Origin: an uncultured Chloroflexia bacterium
GTDB lineage: Bacteria; Chloroflexota; Limnocylindria; Limnocylindrales; CSP1-4
Direction: 5' to 3'
NCBI GenBank assembly: GCA_963828165.1
Contig: CAWHDR010000001.1
Location: 1,056,001 to 1,120,000 of the forward strand
Length of the DNA: 64,000 nucleotides
In this document: in pieces, positions 32,237 through 41,239 of the stretch
Layout: each line of letters begins with the position of its first letter
Numbering within the stretch: the stretch's first letter is position 1
Made by a program: the position numbers and the translations under genes
The notes under the pieces: model-generated
What the model was told of the DNA's origin: nothing
The model's input: only the letters and a program-made list of their open reading frames with translations
The model's database searches: none

Positions 32237-32938
32237 GTGCTCGTCATCCCCTCGATCGACCTCGAGAACGGCCGCTCACGCGTGGTCTACTGGCCGGGCG
32301 CTTCCGAGGGGACCGGTGCGCCGACGGATCGGCCGGAACGGATCGTCGAGCGGCTCGTCGCGGAGGGTGCTCGCCTCATCCACCTGATCGATTTCGAGGG
32401 TGCGCGAGCCGGCAAGCCGGTCAGCCTGGAAGCGGTCGGCGCCGTCGCGTCGAAGAGCGCCGTGCCCCTGCAGCTCGCGGGCGGCCTCGATTCCGCCGAG
32501 GCGATCCAGCTCGCGTTCGCGGCCGGCGCGACCCGGGTCGTGCTGACCACGGCCATCGCCGACCGTCCCGACGAGCTCCGGGCGTGCCTCGCGATCGCCG
32601 GTGGCTGGCTCGCCGTGGGCCTGGATCCTCGGCCGGAACGGCTGGCCGCCTTTCCCTGGCGACGGTCGCCCGCCCCGACGATCGCGGAGCTCGTCGAGGA
32701 GCTCATCGGCGCGGGGGTCGGGCGCCTGGTGCTCGCTCATGGCGGGACGGCTCCGGACCTCGAGCGGGTGGGTTCGCTCGTTCGGTCGTACGATGCCGAG
32801 ATCCTGGTAGCCGGTGGGGTGCGCGACCTCGACGCCATCCGCCGACTGCGCGACACCGGTGCCGCCGGCGTCATCCTCGGTGAGGCGATCCTCTCCGGGG
32901 CCATCGACCTTCCCGCAGCCCTGGAGGCCGCCGCATGA
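32237..32938 (+). CDS. Divergent HisA/HisF-like TIM-barrel protein
   Basis: VIPSIDL, HLIDFEGA, QLAGG, VAGGVRDLD, GVILGEA. Confidence 0.75.
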   Translation: MLVIPSIDLENGRSRVVYWPGASEGTGAPTDRPERIVERLVAEGARLIHLIDFEGARAGKPVSLEAVGAVASKSAVPLQLAGGLDSAEAIQLAFAAGATRVVLTTAIADRPDELRACLAIAGGWLAVGLDPRPERLAAFPWRRSPAPTIAELVEELIGAGVGRLVLAHGGTAPDLERVGSLVRSYDAEILVAGGVRDLDAIRRLRDTGAAGVILGEAILSGAIDLPAALEAAA

Positions 32939-33627
32939 TCCCTCGCTCCATCCGCGCCATGGCCGCACTCGCCACGCTGGCCGCTGTCGTGGCCTGCACC
33001 GCTGCGCCGGGCGCGTCGCCCTCCGCCGCGCCGCCCTCGCAGGGCCCGCCGTCGCAAGCCGCGCCATCGTCCGCCGCGCCGTCAGGCTCGTCGGCTGCCG
33101 GCTCCTGCCCATCGTCCGAGCCGGCAGCACTGCCCGCGGGCGAGACTCGGACGGTGACGATCGAGACGTCCCAGGGTTCCTTCACGATGGCCCTGCAGGC
33201 GGACCTATCGCCGATCGCCGTCGGCAATTTCGTGGCGCTGGCCGAGTGCGGCTTCTACGACGGCGTCGTCTTCCATCGGCTGGTGCCGGGTTTCGTGATC
33301 CAGGGTGGTGACCCTGACGGCACTGGGACGGGAGGCCCCGGCTACACCATCACGGACGAACCCGTGACCACGGAGTACCAGCGTGGCACCGTCGCCATGG
33401 CTCGCACAGCGCAGCCGAACTCCGTTGGCTCGCAGTTCTTCGTGGTCCTCGACGATGCAGCCCGGGGATCGTTGGCACGGGCCAACACCTACCAGATCAT
33501 CGGCGAAGTGACGGCCGGAATGGATGTGGTCGACACGATCGCCGCCATGCCGAACAGTGGCGACCAGACCGGCAACCAAGCCCTTGAACCAGTGGCGATG
33601 ACCAAGGTCACCGTCAGCCAACCCTGA
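32935..33627 (+). CDS. Cyclophilin-type PPIase, lipoprotein
   Basis: Lipobox VVAC; FYDGVVFHRLVPGFVIQGGDP, GSQFF. Confidence 0.9.
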   Translation: MIPRSIRAMAALATLAAVVACTAAPGASPSAAPPSQGPPSQAAPSSAAPSGSSAAGSCPSSEPAALPAGETRTVTIETSQGSFTMALQADLSPIAVGNFVALAECGFYDGVVFHRLVPGFVIQGGDPDGTGTGGPGYTITDEPVTTEYQRGTVAMARTAQPNSVGSQFFVVLDDAARGSLARANTYQIIGEVTAGMDVVDTIAAMPNSGDQTGNQALEPVAMTKVTVSQP

Positions 33628-33644
33628 TCCGCCATCGAAGGAGC

Positions 33645-34154
33645 ATGCCCATGACCCGAGCCACGATCGCCACGGAGATCGGCGACATCGAGATCGAGCT
33701 CTACGACGAGAGCGCCCCCAAAGCAGCCAAGAACTTCATCGACCTCGCGAAGAAGGGCTTCTACGACGACGTCATCTTCCACCGCGTCATCCCGGGCTTC
33801 GTCATCCAGGGCGGCGATGGCCAGTACGGCAAGAAATCGTCGCTCGAGCGCGGTCGGGTCGGAACCGGCGGACCCGGGTACAAGTTCGAGGACGAGCCGG
33901 TCACCGGTGAATACCAGCGCGGGTCGCTCGCGATGGCGAATGCCGGTCCCAACACGAACGGCAGTCAGTTCTTCATCTGTACAGCCGACCTGGCCGGGAA
34001 GCTGCCGAAGAACTACACGCTGTTCGGGCAGGTGACCCGTGGGCTTGACATCGTGGACAAGATCGTCTCGGCGCCGCGCGACGGCAAGGACCTCCCGAAC
34101 GACCCCGTCGCGATGACGAAGGTGACGGTGCATGAGGAGGCGGCGAGCCAGTAG
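33645..34154 (+). CDS. Cytoplasmic cyclophilin-type PPIase
   Basis: FHRVIPGFVIQGGD, MANAGPNTNGSQFF. Confidence 0.93.
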   Translation: MPMTRATIATEIGDIEIELYDESAPKAAKNFIDLAKKGFYDDVIFHRVIPGFVIQGGDGQYGKKSSLERGRVGTGGPGYKFEDEPVTGEYQRGSLAMANAGPNTNGSQFFICTADLAGKLPKNYTLFGQVTRGLDIVDKIVSAPRDGKDLPNDPVAMTKVTVHEEAASQ

Positions 34155-34211
34155 CCGGAACGAACTGACGAAAGATTAAGGAATTTACACAGTTCTCCTT
34201 GCCAAAAAGCC

Positions 34212-34240
34212 TTGGAAAACGGCCCCTCGCAAGGTAGGAT
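34212..34240 (+). promoter_or_regulatory. Sigma70-type promoter with AT-rich upstream region
   Basis: TTGGAA-N17-TAGGAT. Confidence 0.6.
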
Positions 34241-34246
34241 ATGGAG

Positions 34247-34417
34247 GCTGTTAAGGCAGCGCTGCCCCAGCGTCAAGGTCATGGGTAGGTAGGGTCAGGG
34301 TAGTCGGTGCAGCCGACGTGATAGATGCCTTTGGCGCGTGGCAGAAGCGTCCGCCTCGGCGGACTCCTTCACCGGGACAGCATCGAAGCGGCTCCTTCGG
34401 GAGCCGCTTCGTCGTTT
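34247..34417 (+). ncRNA. Candidate structured non-coding RNA (~170 nt)
   Basis: Own promoter, nested pairing, no credible ORF, ends in a UUCG hairpin. Confidence 0.55.
34384..34417 (+). terminator. Intrinsic terminator
   Basis: CGAAGCGGCTCC-TTCG-GGAGCCGCTTCG-TCGTTT. Confidence 0.75.
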
Positions 34418-34519
34418 GTCCGGCGCCATTCGGAAGGGACGATCGGGCCCCAGGGATCGAGCGCCAGGCGGGCCCACCCCACTATCAGGATCGTGGGTCG
34501 ATCTCGCGCATGTAATCAT

Positions 34520-34579
34520 GCTACTTGACAGTAGCCGGTTCTCGGTACAGGATATGTGCTACGGAGTGGTAGCACATAT
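34520..34579 (+). promoter_or_regulatory. Promoter (TTGACA) with two GCTAC-N6-GTAGC palindromes
   Basis: GCTAC-TTGACA-GTAGC (34520-34535); ATATGTGCTAC-GGAGTG-GTAGCACATAT (34552-34579). Confidence 0.7.
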
Positions 34580-34606
34580 TCCGCTCCGGTACGAAGGAGC
34601 ACCGAG

Positions 34607-35029
34607 ATGGCTGCCATCACACGCGGCAACACCCAGGTCCACCCCCTCACCATCGCCCTCAGGGCCGGCGTCGTCGGTCTCACATTTGCCACCGCCGCGA
34701 TCCACGCGTCGCTCGGCGGCATGCTGTTCCTGGCCAACGCAGCGGGCTACACGATCCTTGCCATCGCGATGGTCATTCCCGGTGCCGTCGGAAAGTGGCG
34801 ATGGCTGATCCGCCTCGTCTTGATCGGCTTCGCCGCCGCCACGATCGGCGGCTGGGTCGCCTTCGGCCCTCGCTTCGGGCTCGCGTATCTCGACAAGGCG
34901 ATCGAGGTCGCGCTCATCGGCGTCCTCCTGATCGAACAGTGGCAGTCCGACGGTGGCCCGCGCGGCGTGCTCCGTAAGGTCCGCGGCCTGGTGCGCAGCA
35001 CGGGGACCTTCGCGAGCAACGCCAGGTAG
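34607..35029 (+). CDS. Membrane protein (about 4 TM)
   Basis: AAGGAG RBS; TAAIH, LFLANAAGY, DKAIE. Confidence 0.75.
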   Translation: MAAITRGNTQVHPLTIALRAGVVGLTFATAAIHASLGGMLFLANAAGYTILAIAMVIPGAVGKWRWLIRLVLIGFAAATIGGWVAFGPRFGLAYLDKAIEVALIGVLLIEQWQSDGGPRGVLRKVRGLVRSTGTFASNAR

Positions 35030-35072
35030 CAGTCCCCGACCGTCCTACGGCGAAGCGAACGAGCTGGCCGCC

Positions 35073-38000
35073 TCAGGCCAGCTCGTCGGCGGGCTCGACG
35101 AGACCCAACCGGTACGCGAGGGCCGCCGCCTCGCCACGCCCCGCCACTCCGAGCTTGCCAAGGATGTTCGACACGTGGACGCCGGCGGTGTTCTCGCTGA
35201 TGAACAGCTCGTCGGCGATCTGGCGGTTCGTACGACCGAGCGCGACGAGGCCGAGGACCTCGCGCTCGCGCGGCGTCAGTCCAAGGCCCGCCGCTTCGTC
35301 CTTCGGGGCGGGCGCTTGCTCCTGCTCGGATTCGAGCGTGAGCCTCGCCCGCGCCGCGAGCGCCGCCACTTCGCGTCCGAGCAAGGCGGCCCCGAGCTCC
35401 GCAGCGATGTCGCGCGCAGCCCGTAACGCCGCGGTGGCCAGAGCCCGATCCCCACGACCCGCCAGGCGGGACTCGGCCTCGCGCCAGCGAGCGTACGCCG
35501 CGGGATAGGGCCGTCCCAGCCGGTCCCACGCCTCGACAGCTGCCAGCCAGGCACCCGGGTCCGGGTGGCGATGCAGGCGCGTCGCCTCCGCCTCACACAG
35601 CAGCAGGAGGGCCGCGGAATACGCTTCAACAGCCGGACGCGTCGCGAGGATGTCGGCATGCCGGCGCCGGATGCCGGCAAGGAGGCCCTCGCCGGCCGCA
35701 ACGAGCTCGCGCACCCGATCGGGCGACCGGCGCGCTCTGGCCAGCTCTGCGGCATCGGCGTTGGCCCGCAGGCCGAGGGCGTACACCTCTCCGATCCGCA
35801 CCTCGGCGTTGTAGTCGATCTGCACGATGGTCGCGGCGACCTGGGTGGCGGCCTCTTCCGGCCGGCCCTGCCACAGCGCCAACTCGGCGAGGCTGGCATG
35901 CACCGGCGCAACGAACTGGATGTCGACGGCTCGGTCTGCGCGCGCCGCGAGTGGCCGCAACAGGTCGGCCGCCACCTCGATGTTGCCGCGAGCCAGCGCC
36001 AGACGGGCCAAAAGCTCCTGCACGAGGATCTCGTTGACCCCGAACGGCCCGAAGCCCTCGGCCCGCCGAACCGCCCGCTCGGCCTCGTCCCAGCGACCCA
36101 GGCGGTAGAGATAGTCCGCCTTGTTGGCGAGCATGTGCGTGCCGAAGAAGCGCATCAGACCCAGCCGTTCCGACGTCGCGATGCCCACCTCGGCCACCGC
36201 GATGGCCTCGTCGAGCCGTCCGGCCCCTTCCAGGACCCACACTCGGTTCGCATACGCCCGGCCGATGTCATCGCCGATGCCCAGGTCCTCCGCGATCGCC
36301 AGGGCGGCGCGGAGGTCCTCGAGCGCCGCGTCGATCTCGCCAGCGACAGCCCGGTCGGCACCCCTCGTGTTGAGGGCGTGGCCCTCGATGTCCCGCGCGC
36401 CGATCGATCGAGCGAGCACGAGCGCTTCCTCGGCCAGCGGGCGGGACTCCTCGAACCGGCCGCCCAGCATCAGGATCTGGGCAAGCCCGGCGATCGCACG
36501 CGCCCGCGCCTCGGACGGCGGTGCAGCGGCGATCAGGCCCATGGCGGTCCGGTACGCCTGTTGCGCGAGCTCGCCCTGACCGGCGATCCAGGCGTACCGC
36601 CCGAGTCGCTCGTTCAGCAAGCCGGCACGGAGGCGGTCGTCCGCCTCATCGGCGAGACGGATCGCGGCCTGCGCGTGCGCCACCGCGCGTGCCGGTTCGT
36701 GGAAGCGGGCGACCCCCGCCAGGGTCGCGAGGAGGTCGATGCGGTCGCGGCCCACCCTGGTTTCGGGGTCCGGTACCTGATCCCAGAGGTCGATCGCCCG
36801 CTCGTACTGGTCGACCGCCTCCGGATACGCGTACCTGGTCTCGGCCGCAGCCCCCGCGGCGACCGCCAATTCGAGCGCGCGAGGCAGATCATGGGCCGCG
36901 TACCAGTGGTAGGCGCGCTCCGCCGCATGCGAGGCGTCGCCCCCGGACCGAGCCTCGAGTGTCCGTGCGAACGCCGAATGCAGACGCGTTCGCTCCCCCG
37001 GCAGCAGGTCGTCGTAGATCGCTTCCTGGAGCAGTGCGTGCCGGAATGCGTAGCGCTCGGTTCCGGTGGTCGGGTCCGCGACGAGGACCTGGCGACCCAC
37101 GCACTCGCGGAGCGCCTCGTAGAGCGCTGCTTCGTCCATCGATGCCGCGACGGCCAGGAGGGCCGGGTCGACGCGGTGTCCGGCGGCCGAGGCGATCCGC
37201 AGGAGCTCCTGGGTCGGCTCGGCGAGGTCGGCGATCCGCGCGAGGAGCACGTCGCGAAGCGTCTGGGGCAGCTCGGTCCGGCCGTCGTCGCCGGCGGCGA
37301 CCAGCAGCTCTTCCGCGAAGAACGCGTTGCCGCCCGAGCGAGCGTGGATCGACTCGATGAGCGAGGCGTCGAGATCGTGGCCCGCGATCGCACGCAGCTG
37401 GTCCGCAGACTCCCGGTGATCGAAGGGCTTGAGGTCGAGCCGGTCGACGCGGCCGGATCGTTCCAGCTCGGCGATGAAGGGCAGGAGGGGATGGCGTCGG
37501 TGGAGCTCGTCCGAGCGGTAGGTGAAGAGGAGCATCACCGCGGTGTCGCGGAGATTGCGAACCAGGAACCCGAGCAGGTCGCGGGTCGAGCGGTCGGACC
37601 AGTGCAGGTCCTCGACGATGAAGACCACAGGGGTCGCTGTCGCGAGGCGTTCCAGCACCCCGAGCAAGATCTCGAAGAGCCGGCCCTGGGCGTGGTCCAG
37701 GCTGAGCGCGGATGCGGGTGCCTCGGACACGGGGCCGAGATCCGGGATGAGCCGCGCGAGCTCCGAGCGCCCGGGACCGATCACCGTCTCCAGCTGATCG
37801 GGTCCGGCGTGTCGCGCCAAGCCGCGCAGGGCTTCGACCACGGGTGCGTAGGGCATCGCTCCGTCGCCGAGGTCGATGCAGCCGCCCGAGAGGACGATCG
37901 CGCCCTCGGTCTCCGCCAGCTCGGTGAACGCGGCGAGCAGCCTCGTCTTGCCGACGCCGGCCTCCCCGGCCACGACCATCGCGCTGCCCCGCCCTTCCCG

Positions 38001-38081
38001 CGCGACGCGGATGGCGTCCCGAAGCCGCCCAAGCTCCGTCGAGCGACCGATGAGCACTGGGCTCGAGACGCGGACCGACAT
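35073..38081 (-). CDS. LuxR-family regulator with AAA ATPase and TPR region (MalT/LAL-like)
   Basis: GEAGVGKTRL, VEDLHWSD, GGNAFF, LTPREREVL..GRTNRQIA..HVSNILGKL. Confidence 0.93.
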   Translation of the reverse strand: MSVRVSSPVLIGRSTELGRLRDAIRVAREGRGSAMVVAGEAGVGKTRLLAAFTELAETEGAIVLSGGCIDLGDGAMPYAPVVEALRGLARHAGPDQLETVIGPGRSELARLIPDLGPVSEAPASALSLDHAQGRLFEILLGVLERLATATPVVFIVEDLHWSDRSTRDLLGFLVRNLRDTAVMLLFTYRSDELHRRHPLLPFIAELERSGRVDRLDLKPFDHRESADQLRAIAGHDLDASLIESIHARSGGNAFFAEELLVAAGDDGRTELPQTLRDVLLARIADLAEPTQELLRIASAAGHRVDPALLAVAASMDEAALYEALRECVGRQVLVADPTTGTERYAFRHALLQEAIYDDLLPGERTRLHSAFARTLEARSGGDASHAAERAYHWYAAHDLPRALELAVAAGAAAETRYAYPEAVDQYERAIDLWDQVPDPETRVGRDRIDLLATLAGVARFHEPARAVAHAQAAIRLADEADDRLRAGLLNERLGRYAWIAGQGELAQQAYRTAMGLIAAAPPSEARARAIAGLAQILMLGGRFEESRPLAEEALVLARSIGARDIEGHALNTRGADRAVAGEIDAALEDLRAALAIAEDLGIGDDIGRAYANRVWVLEGAGRLDEAIAVAEVGIATSERLGLMRFFGTHMLANKADYLYRLGRWDEAERAVRRAEGFGPFGVNEILVQELLARLALARGNIEVAADLLRPLAARADRAVDIQFVAPVHASLAELALWQGRPEEAATQVAATIVQIDYNAEVRIGEVYALGLRANADAAELARARRSPDRVRELVAAGEGLLAGIRRRHADILATRPAVEAYSAALLLLCEAEATRLHRHPDPGAWLAAVEAWDRLGRPYPAAYARWREAESRLAGRGDRALATAALRAARDIAAELGAALLGREVAALAARARLTLESEQEQAPAPKDEAAGLGLTPREREVLGLVALGRTNRQIADELFISENTAGVHVSNILGKLGVAGRGEAAALAYRLGLVEPADELA

Positions 38082-38152
38082 GCCTTCGATTATCGGGCCA
38101 GGGATCCATTCGCCTCGAGGAAGTCGTTGCGGTTCCTCGTCTGTTACGGCGG

Positions 38153-38332
38153 TCACGCGGCTGCGCCCACGCGCTTGAGCCGCCTGACGACGGCGAGGGT
38201 GAGCCTGGCGCGCCACGGTCGGGCGGGCTGTCGCTCGACGGCGGTGGTCTTCATCAGCCGGCCGCCGTCGGCTTCATGCCGCAGTTCCTGCAACCGCTCC
38301 GTTCCCAACAGTTCCATCGCGTAACCGGTCAT
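38153..38332 (-). CDS. Small protein (59 aa), absent from the ORF track
   Basis: GGGAGG RBS; MTGYAMELLGTERLQELRHEADGGRLMKTTAVERQPARPWRARLTLAVVRRLKRVGAAA. Confidence 0.55.
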   Translation of the reverse strand: MTGYAMELLGTERLQELRHEADGGRLMKTTAVERQPARPWRARLTLAVVRRLKRVGAAA

Positions 38333-38543
38333 CCCCTGCCTCCCGTCCGCACCGATCCTGCCTGGCTACCAGGAATGCTCGGGCTAAAGGGGTGGGCAGC
38401 ACATCACGATGGCTCGTTATTTCGGGGTGGTGCTCCCGTGGTTTCATCCGTGATCACGGGATGGGACGCTCAACGTACGCGACGGTTGATACAGTGCTGG
38501 ACACTCGACGAAACACGTAGACCCAGCCAGGAGGGGAACGGGG

Positions 38544-39200
38544 ATGCGAAGGTCACGGACCCTGCCAAGAGCCATCGTTGTCGGCGGACTCGCGCTCGCG
38601 TTTGCCGGCTGCGGCAGTTCCGTCGGTTCTGGAGGACCCTCAGCAACCGCGGCATCCCCAGCTCCCGCCGCGGTCGTCCTCTGGCCCGCGCCACCGGATC
38701 CGCTCGAACGGACCGTCGCCGCCGGATTGGAGCCCGATACACGGGAACACATGACCAATCACGTCCACGCGCACGTGGATATCTTCCTCGATGGCAAGCC
38801 GGTCACGATCCCGGCCGGTATCGGGATCGACATCGGCAATCCAGACGTGCGCACGTTCGAGGAGGCTGATGGTTCGGTTTCCTATGGCGGCATCGAGCGG
38901 TGCGCCCAGCCATGCATCTCGCCCCTCCATACGCACTACGCATCGGGGATCGTCCATACCGAGTCGGAGACTCCGGAGCCGAACACGCTCGGCCAGTTCT
39001 TCACCGAATGGGGCGTCGCCCTCACCGACTCCTGCGTCGGGGAATACTGCAGTCCCAAACCCATCGCCTTCTACGTCGACGGTGAGCCCTATACCGAGGA
39101 TCCCACGGTCATCGAGCTGAGCGACCAGAGGGAGATCGCGATCGTGATCGGCACACCGCCCGCCGAGATCCCGAAGACCGCCGACTTCTCGAAGGAGTAG
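38544..39200 (+). CDS. Lipoprotein with putative His metal-binding motifs
   Basis: FAGC lipobox; HVHAH, PLHTH..SGIVH.E, TLGQFFTEWG. Confidence 0.75.
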   Translation: MRRSRTLPRAIVVGGLALAFAGCGSSVGSGGPSATAASPAPAAVVLWPAPPDPLERTVAAGLEPDTREHMTNHVHAHVDIFLDGKPVTIPAGIGIDIGNPDVRTFEEADGSVSYGGIERCAQPCISPLHTHYASGIVHTESETPEPNTLGQFFTEWGVALTDSCVGEYCSPKPIAFYVDGEPYTEDPTVIELSDQREIAIVIGTPPAEIPKTADFSKE

Positions 39201-39273
39201 CGGCTGCGCGGAAGCGTCCAGGCTCGGCGCACGCCCTCGTCTCGGCCGACGACGTCGGCGGGCGCGCCTCGCC

Positions 39274-39624
39274 TTACATGGACCGGTAGGGAGTGAAGAG
39301 AGCCGGCACGTCGCTGCCAGCCAACTTCGCCCTGAGCTCGGCGCTCGGTTCACCGAGCAGTTCGCCGTGAACCACGGAGACCGTGGCCAGGACCGCATCG
39401 AAGAGGTGGCCGAGATTCGCGGCGTGGTGGATCGCCGCCTCGGAGTCCCGGAACCGCTCGATGAACATGCACTCGGACTGATCGCCATTGAGGTAGAGGT
39501 CGTATCCGAGCGTGCCAGGCTCCGTCGCCCGCACGATCTCCGTGGCCTGATCGGACAAGCGCAGGTACTCCTCGCGCTTGCCCTCGTGAAACTTGAATCG
39601 TGCGATCCCAAGAAGCTCACTCAT
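39274..39624 (-). CDS. ABM (putative quinol monooxygenase) family protein
   Basis: GGAGG RBS; EPGTLGYDLY, ERFRDSEAAIHH. Confidence 0.8.
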   Translation of the reverse strand: MSELLGIARFKFHEGKREEYLRLSDQATEIVRATEPGTLGYDLYLNGDQSECMFIERFRDSEAAIHHAANLGHLFDAVLATVSVVHGELLGEPSAELRAKLAGSDVPALFTPYRSM

Positions 39625-39715
39625 GGCTTGGTCCTCCAACCGTTGACGACGCGATAGACCTTCGAACTGAAGGCCGAAGGTCTGGCAACGTTCAGCGGGT
39701 ATCATCGCGGTCCGC

Positions 39716-39791
39716 GCGCCTGTAGCTCAGTGGATAGAGCGTCGGCCTCCGGAGCCGAAGGTCGCAGGTTCGAATCCTGTCGGGCGCGCCA
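39716..39791 (+). tRNA. tRNA-Arg(CCG)
   Basis: GCGCCTGTAGCTCAGTGGATAGAGC..CTCCGGA..GGTTCGAATCC..CGGGCGCGCCA. Confidence 0.96.
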
Positions 39792-39910
39792 TTACAACCT
39801 GGGGTAGGGCGATGGCCAGCCCACGGTCGTACGCGGCAGTCGTGAGGCGAGCGCTGACGAACCTCGGGCCCGCGACGAGGATCCGCTCGTAGACAGCGTG
39901 CACCAAGTCA
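39727..39910 (-). pseudogene. Probable recombinase C-terminal remnant reading through attL
   Basis: DLVHAVYERILVAGPRFVSARLTTAAYDRGLAIALPQVVMARPTG-FEPATFGSGGRRSIH*; family assignment from recollection only. Confidence 0.5.
39776..39796 (+). repeat. attL core (tRNA-Arg 3' end)
   Basis: CCTGTCGGGCGCGCCATTACA, identical at 48414-48434. Confidence 0.9.
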
Positions 39911-39966
39911 ATACCGCAGCGATAGCCGTCCTGGCAGCCGTCAGGGCGGCTCTCTTGTCTCGGTCG

Positions 39967-40245
39967 TCAGAAGTCGCGATACCGCCAGTGGACTTCGCCG
40001 CGCTCCGGAGCTAGACGTGAAAGCCGTACCAGCCACACGAGTCCCAGGACGATCCCGGCCCCACCGATGTACGGCAGGAGCGCCACCCACCCCCATCCCG
40101 CGTAGAACATCGGCTCACCTATGGTCCCGGGCTTAGCGACCAAGACGATTGCCAAGACCACGGGCGCCAGGAAGCCAATAGTGAGTTCTAGGCGGATCGC
40201 GGCCCCCGCGCGGTCCAGGCGTCGCTGGCGTTCCTCGTATTCCAT
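39967..40245 (-). CDS. Small membrane protein (2 TM)
   Basis: Hydrophobic ORF ending HWRYRDF. Confidence 0.55.
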   Translation of the reverse strand: MEYEERQRRLDRAGAAIRLELTIGFLAPVVLAIVLVAKPGTIGEPMFYAGWGWVALLPYIGGAGIVLGLVWLVRLSRLAPERGEVHWRYRDF

Positions 40246-40426
40246 GCCGGCACCGTACGCCCCGCGGTCAAGGAGGCCGACCCTGAGTCGTTCGACGTCG
40301 AGGCGTAGGCCGCGTCACCGGGCGCGGCACTGCAACGCCCAATTGACGACAAGCGGTGGTCCACGACTTTCGCTGCGCCGGCAGAGATTCCCAAACTGTG
40401 GGCACCGTAAGCGAGGGGTCGTCGGG

Positions 40427-40930
40427 ATGGCCTATTGGGATTCCCAGCCAAATCGCACCAGGCTCATCGTCGCCGCGATTCTGCTCGGCCTCGGCCTGGG
40501 CGGGTTCTTCGATGGCATCGTCCTACATCAGATTCTGCAATGGCACCACATGGTGAGCACACCGACCCCGCCGAATACGCTGGAGAACTTGGAGCTGAAC
40601 ACGCTGGGGGACGGGATTTTCCATGCCGCGACGTGGCTCCTGACCCTCACCGGCGTTCTTGTCCTGACGACCTCGAACGGCGCACGCCACCAGGAAGAGG
40701 GGGGCCGCACGCTAAGTGGCGGGATGCTCGTGGGTTGGGGATCGTTCAACGTGGTCGAAGGACTGGTCGACCATCACCTCTTGGGGCTCCATCATGTTCG
40801 CCCGGGTCCCGACGAGCTCGTCTATGACGTTGGCTTCCTGATCTGGGGCGGCATCATGCTTCTGGTCGGCGTCGCACTCATCCGCCGGGCTCGTCAGTCA
40901 GCGCCGGCTGGTCCAGCATCCCGGAACTGA
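40427..40930 (+). CDS. DUF2243 membrane protein
   Basis: GFFDGIVLHQILQWHHM, DGIFHA, EGLVDHHLLGLHHVR. Confidence 0.88.
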   Translation: MAYWDSQPNRTRLIVAAILLGLGLGGFFDGIVLHQILQWHHMVSTPTPPNTLENLELNTLGDGIFHAATWLLTLTGVLVLTTSNGARHQEEGGRTLSGGMLVGWGSFNVVEGLVDHHLLGLHHVRPGPDELVYDVGFLIWGGIMLLVGVALIRRARQSAPAGPASRN

Positions 40931-41239
40931 CCCCCGAGAAGAGCTCGACCGCGCACAGCGGACTAGGGGGAGTGCCTTATCGACGGGCCCCCTCACGGAG
41001 GGCACTTACCCAGCCCCCCGGCTACGCAGGGGGAAGGACGATCCAGTTAGGGGCAACTCGTGGATTGGCCAGTCTGACTGGCGCGACCGGGGCAGACGCC
41101 GCGTGGCCACTCAACGAAAGCGCCCTTGATCACACGTCACGGGTTGAGCTCGGGCCAGTCCAGGCGCGCCGTTCCTCCCATGAATGGACGCTATTCAGTC
41201 ATCGTGTGAGCCACCTTTCGAGTGGCTCGTTAGCGCGGT

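Noticed and set aside
34241-34288. 15-codon ORF MEAVKAALPQRQGHG
   Set aside because: The ATG abuts the -10 box, upstream of the expected start site, and has no RBS.
35565-38324. 919-aa plus-strand ORF and similar long antisense ORFs (e.g. 13539-15521, 29332-31407)
   Set aside because: Shadow frames of real genes in high-GC DNA; they carry no motifs.
41008-41036. CCCCCCGGCTACGCAGGGGG hairpin resembling an IS200/IS605 end
   Set aside because: Short and imperfect, with no tnpA/tnpB nearby.
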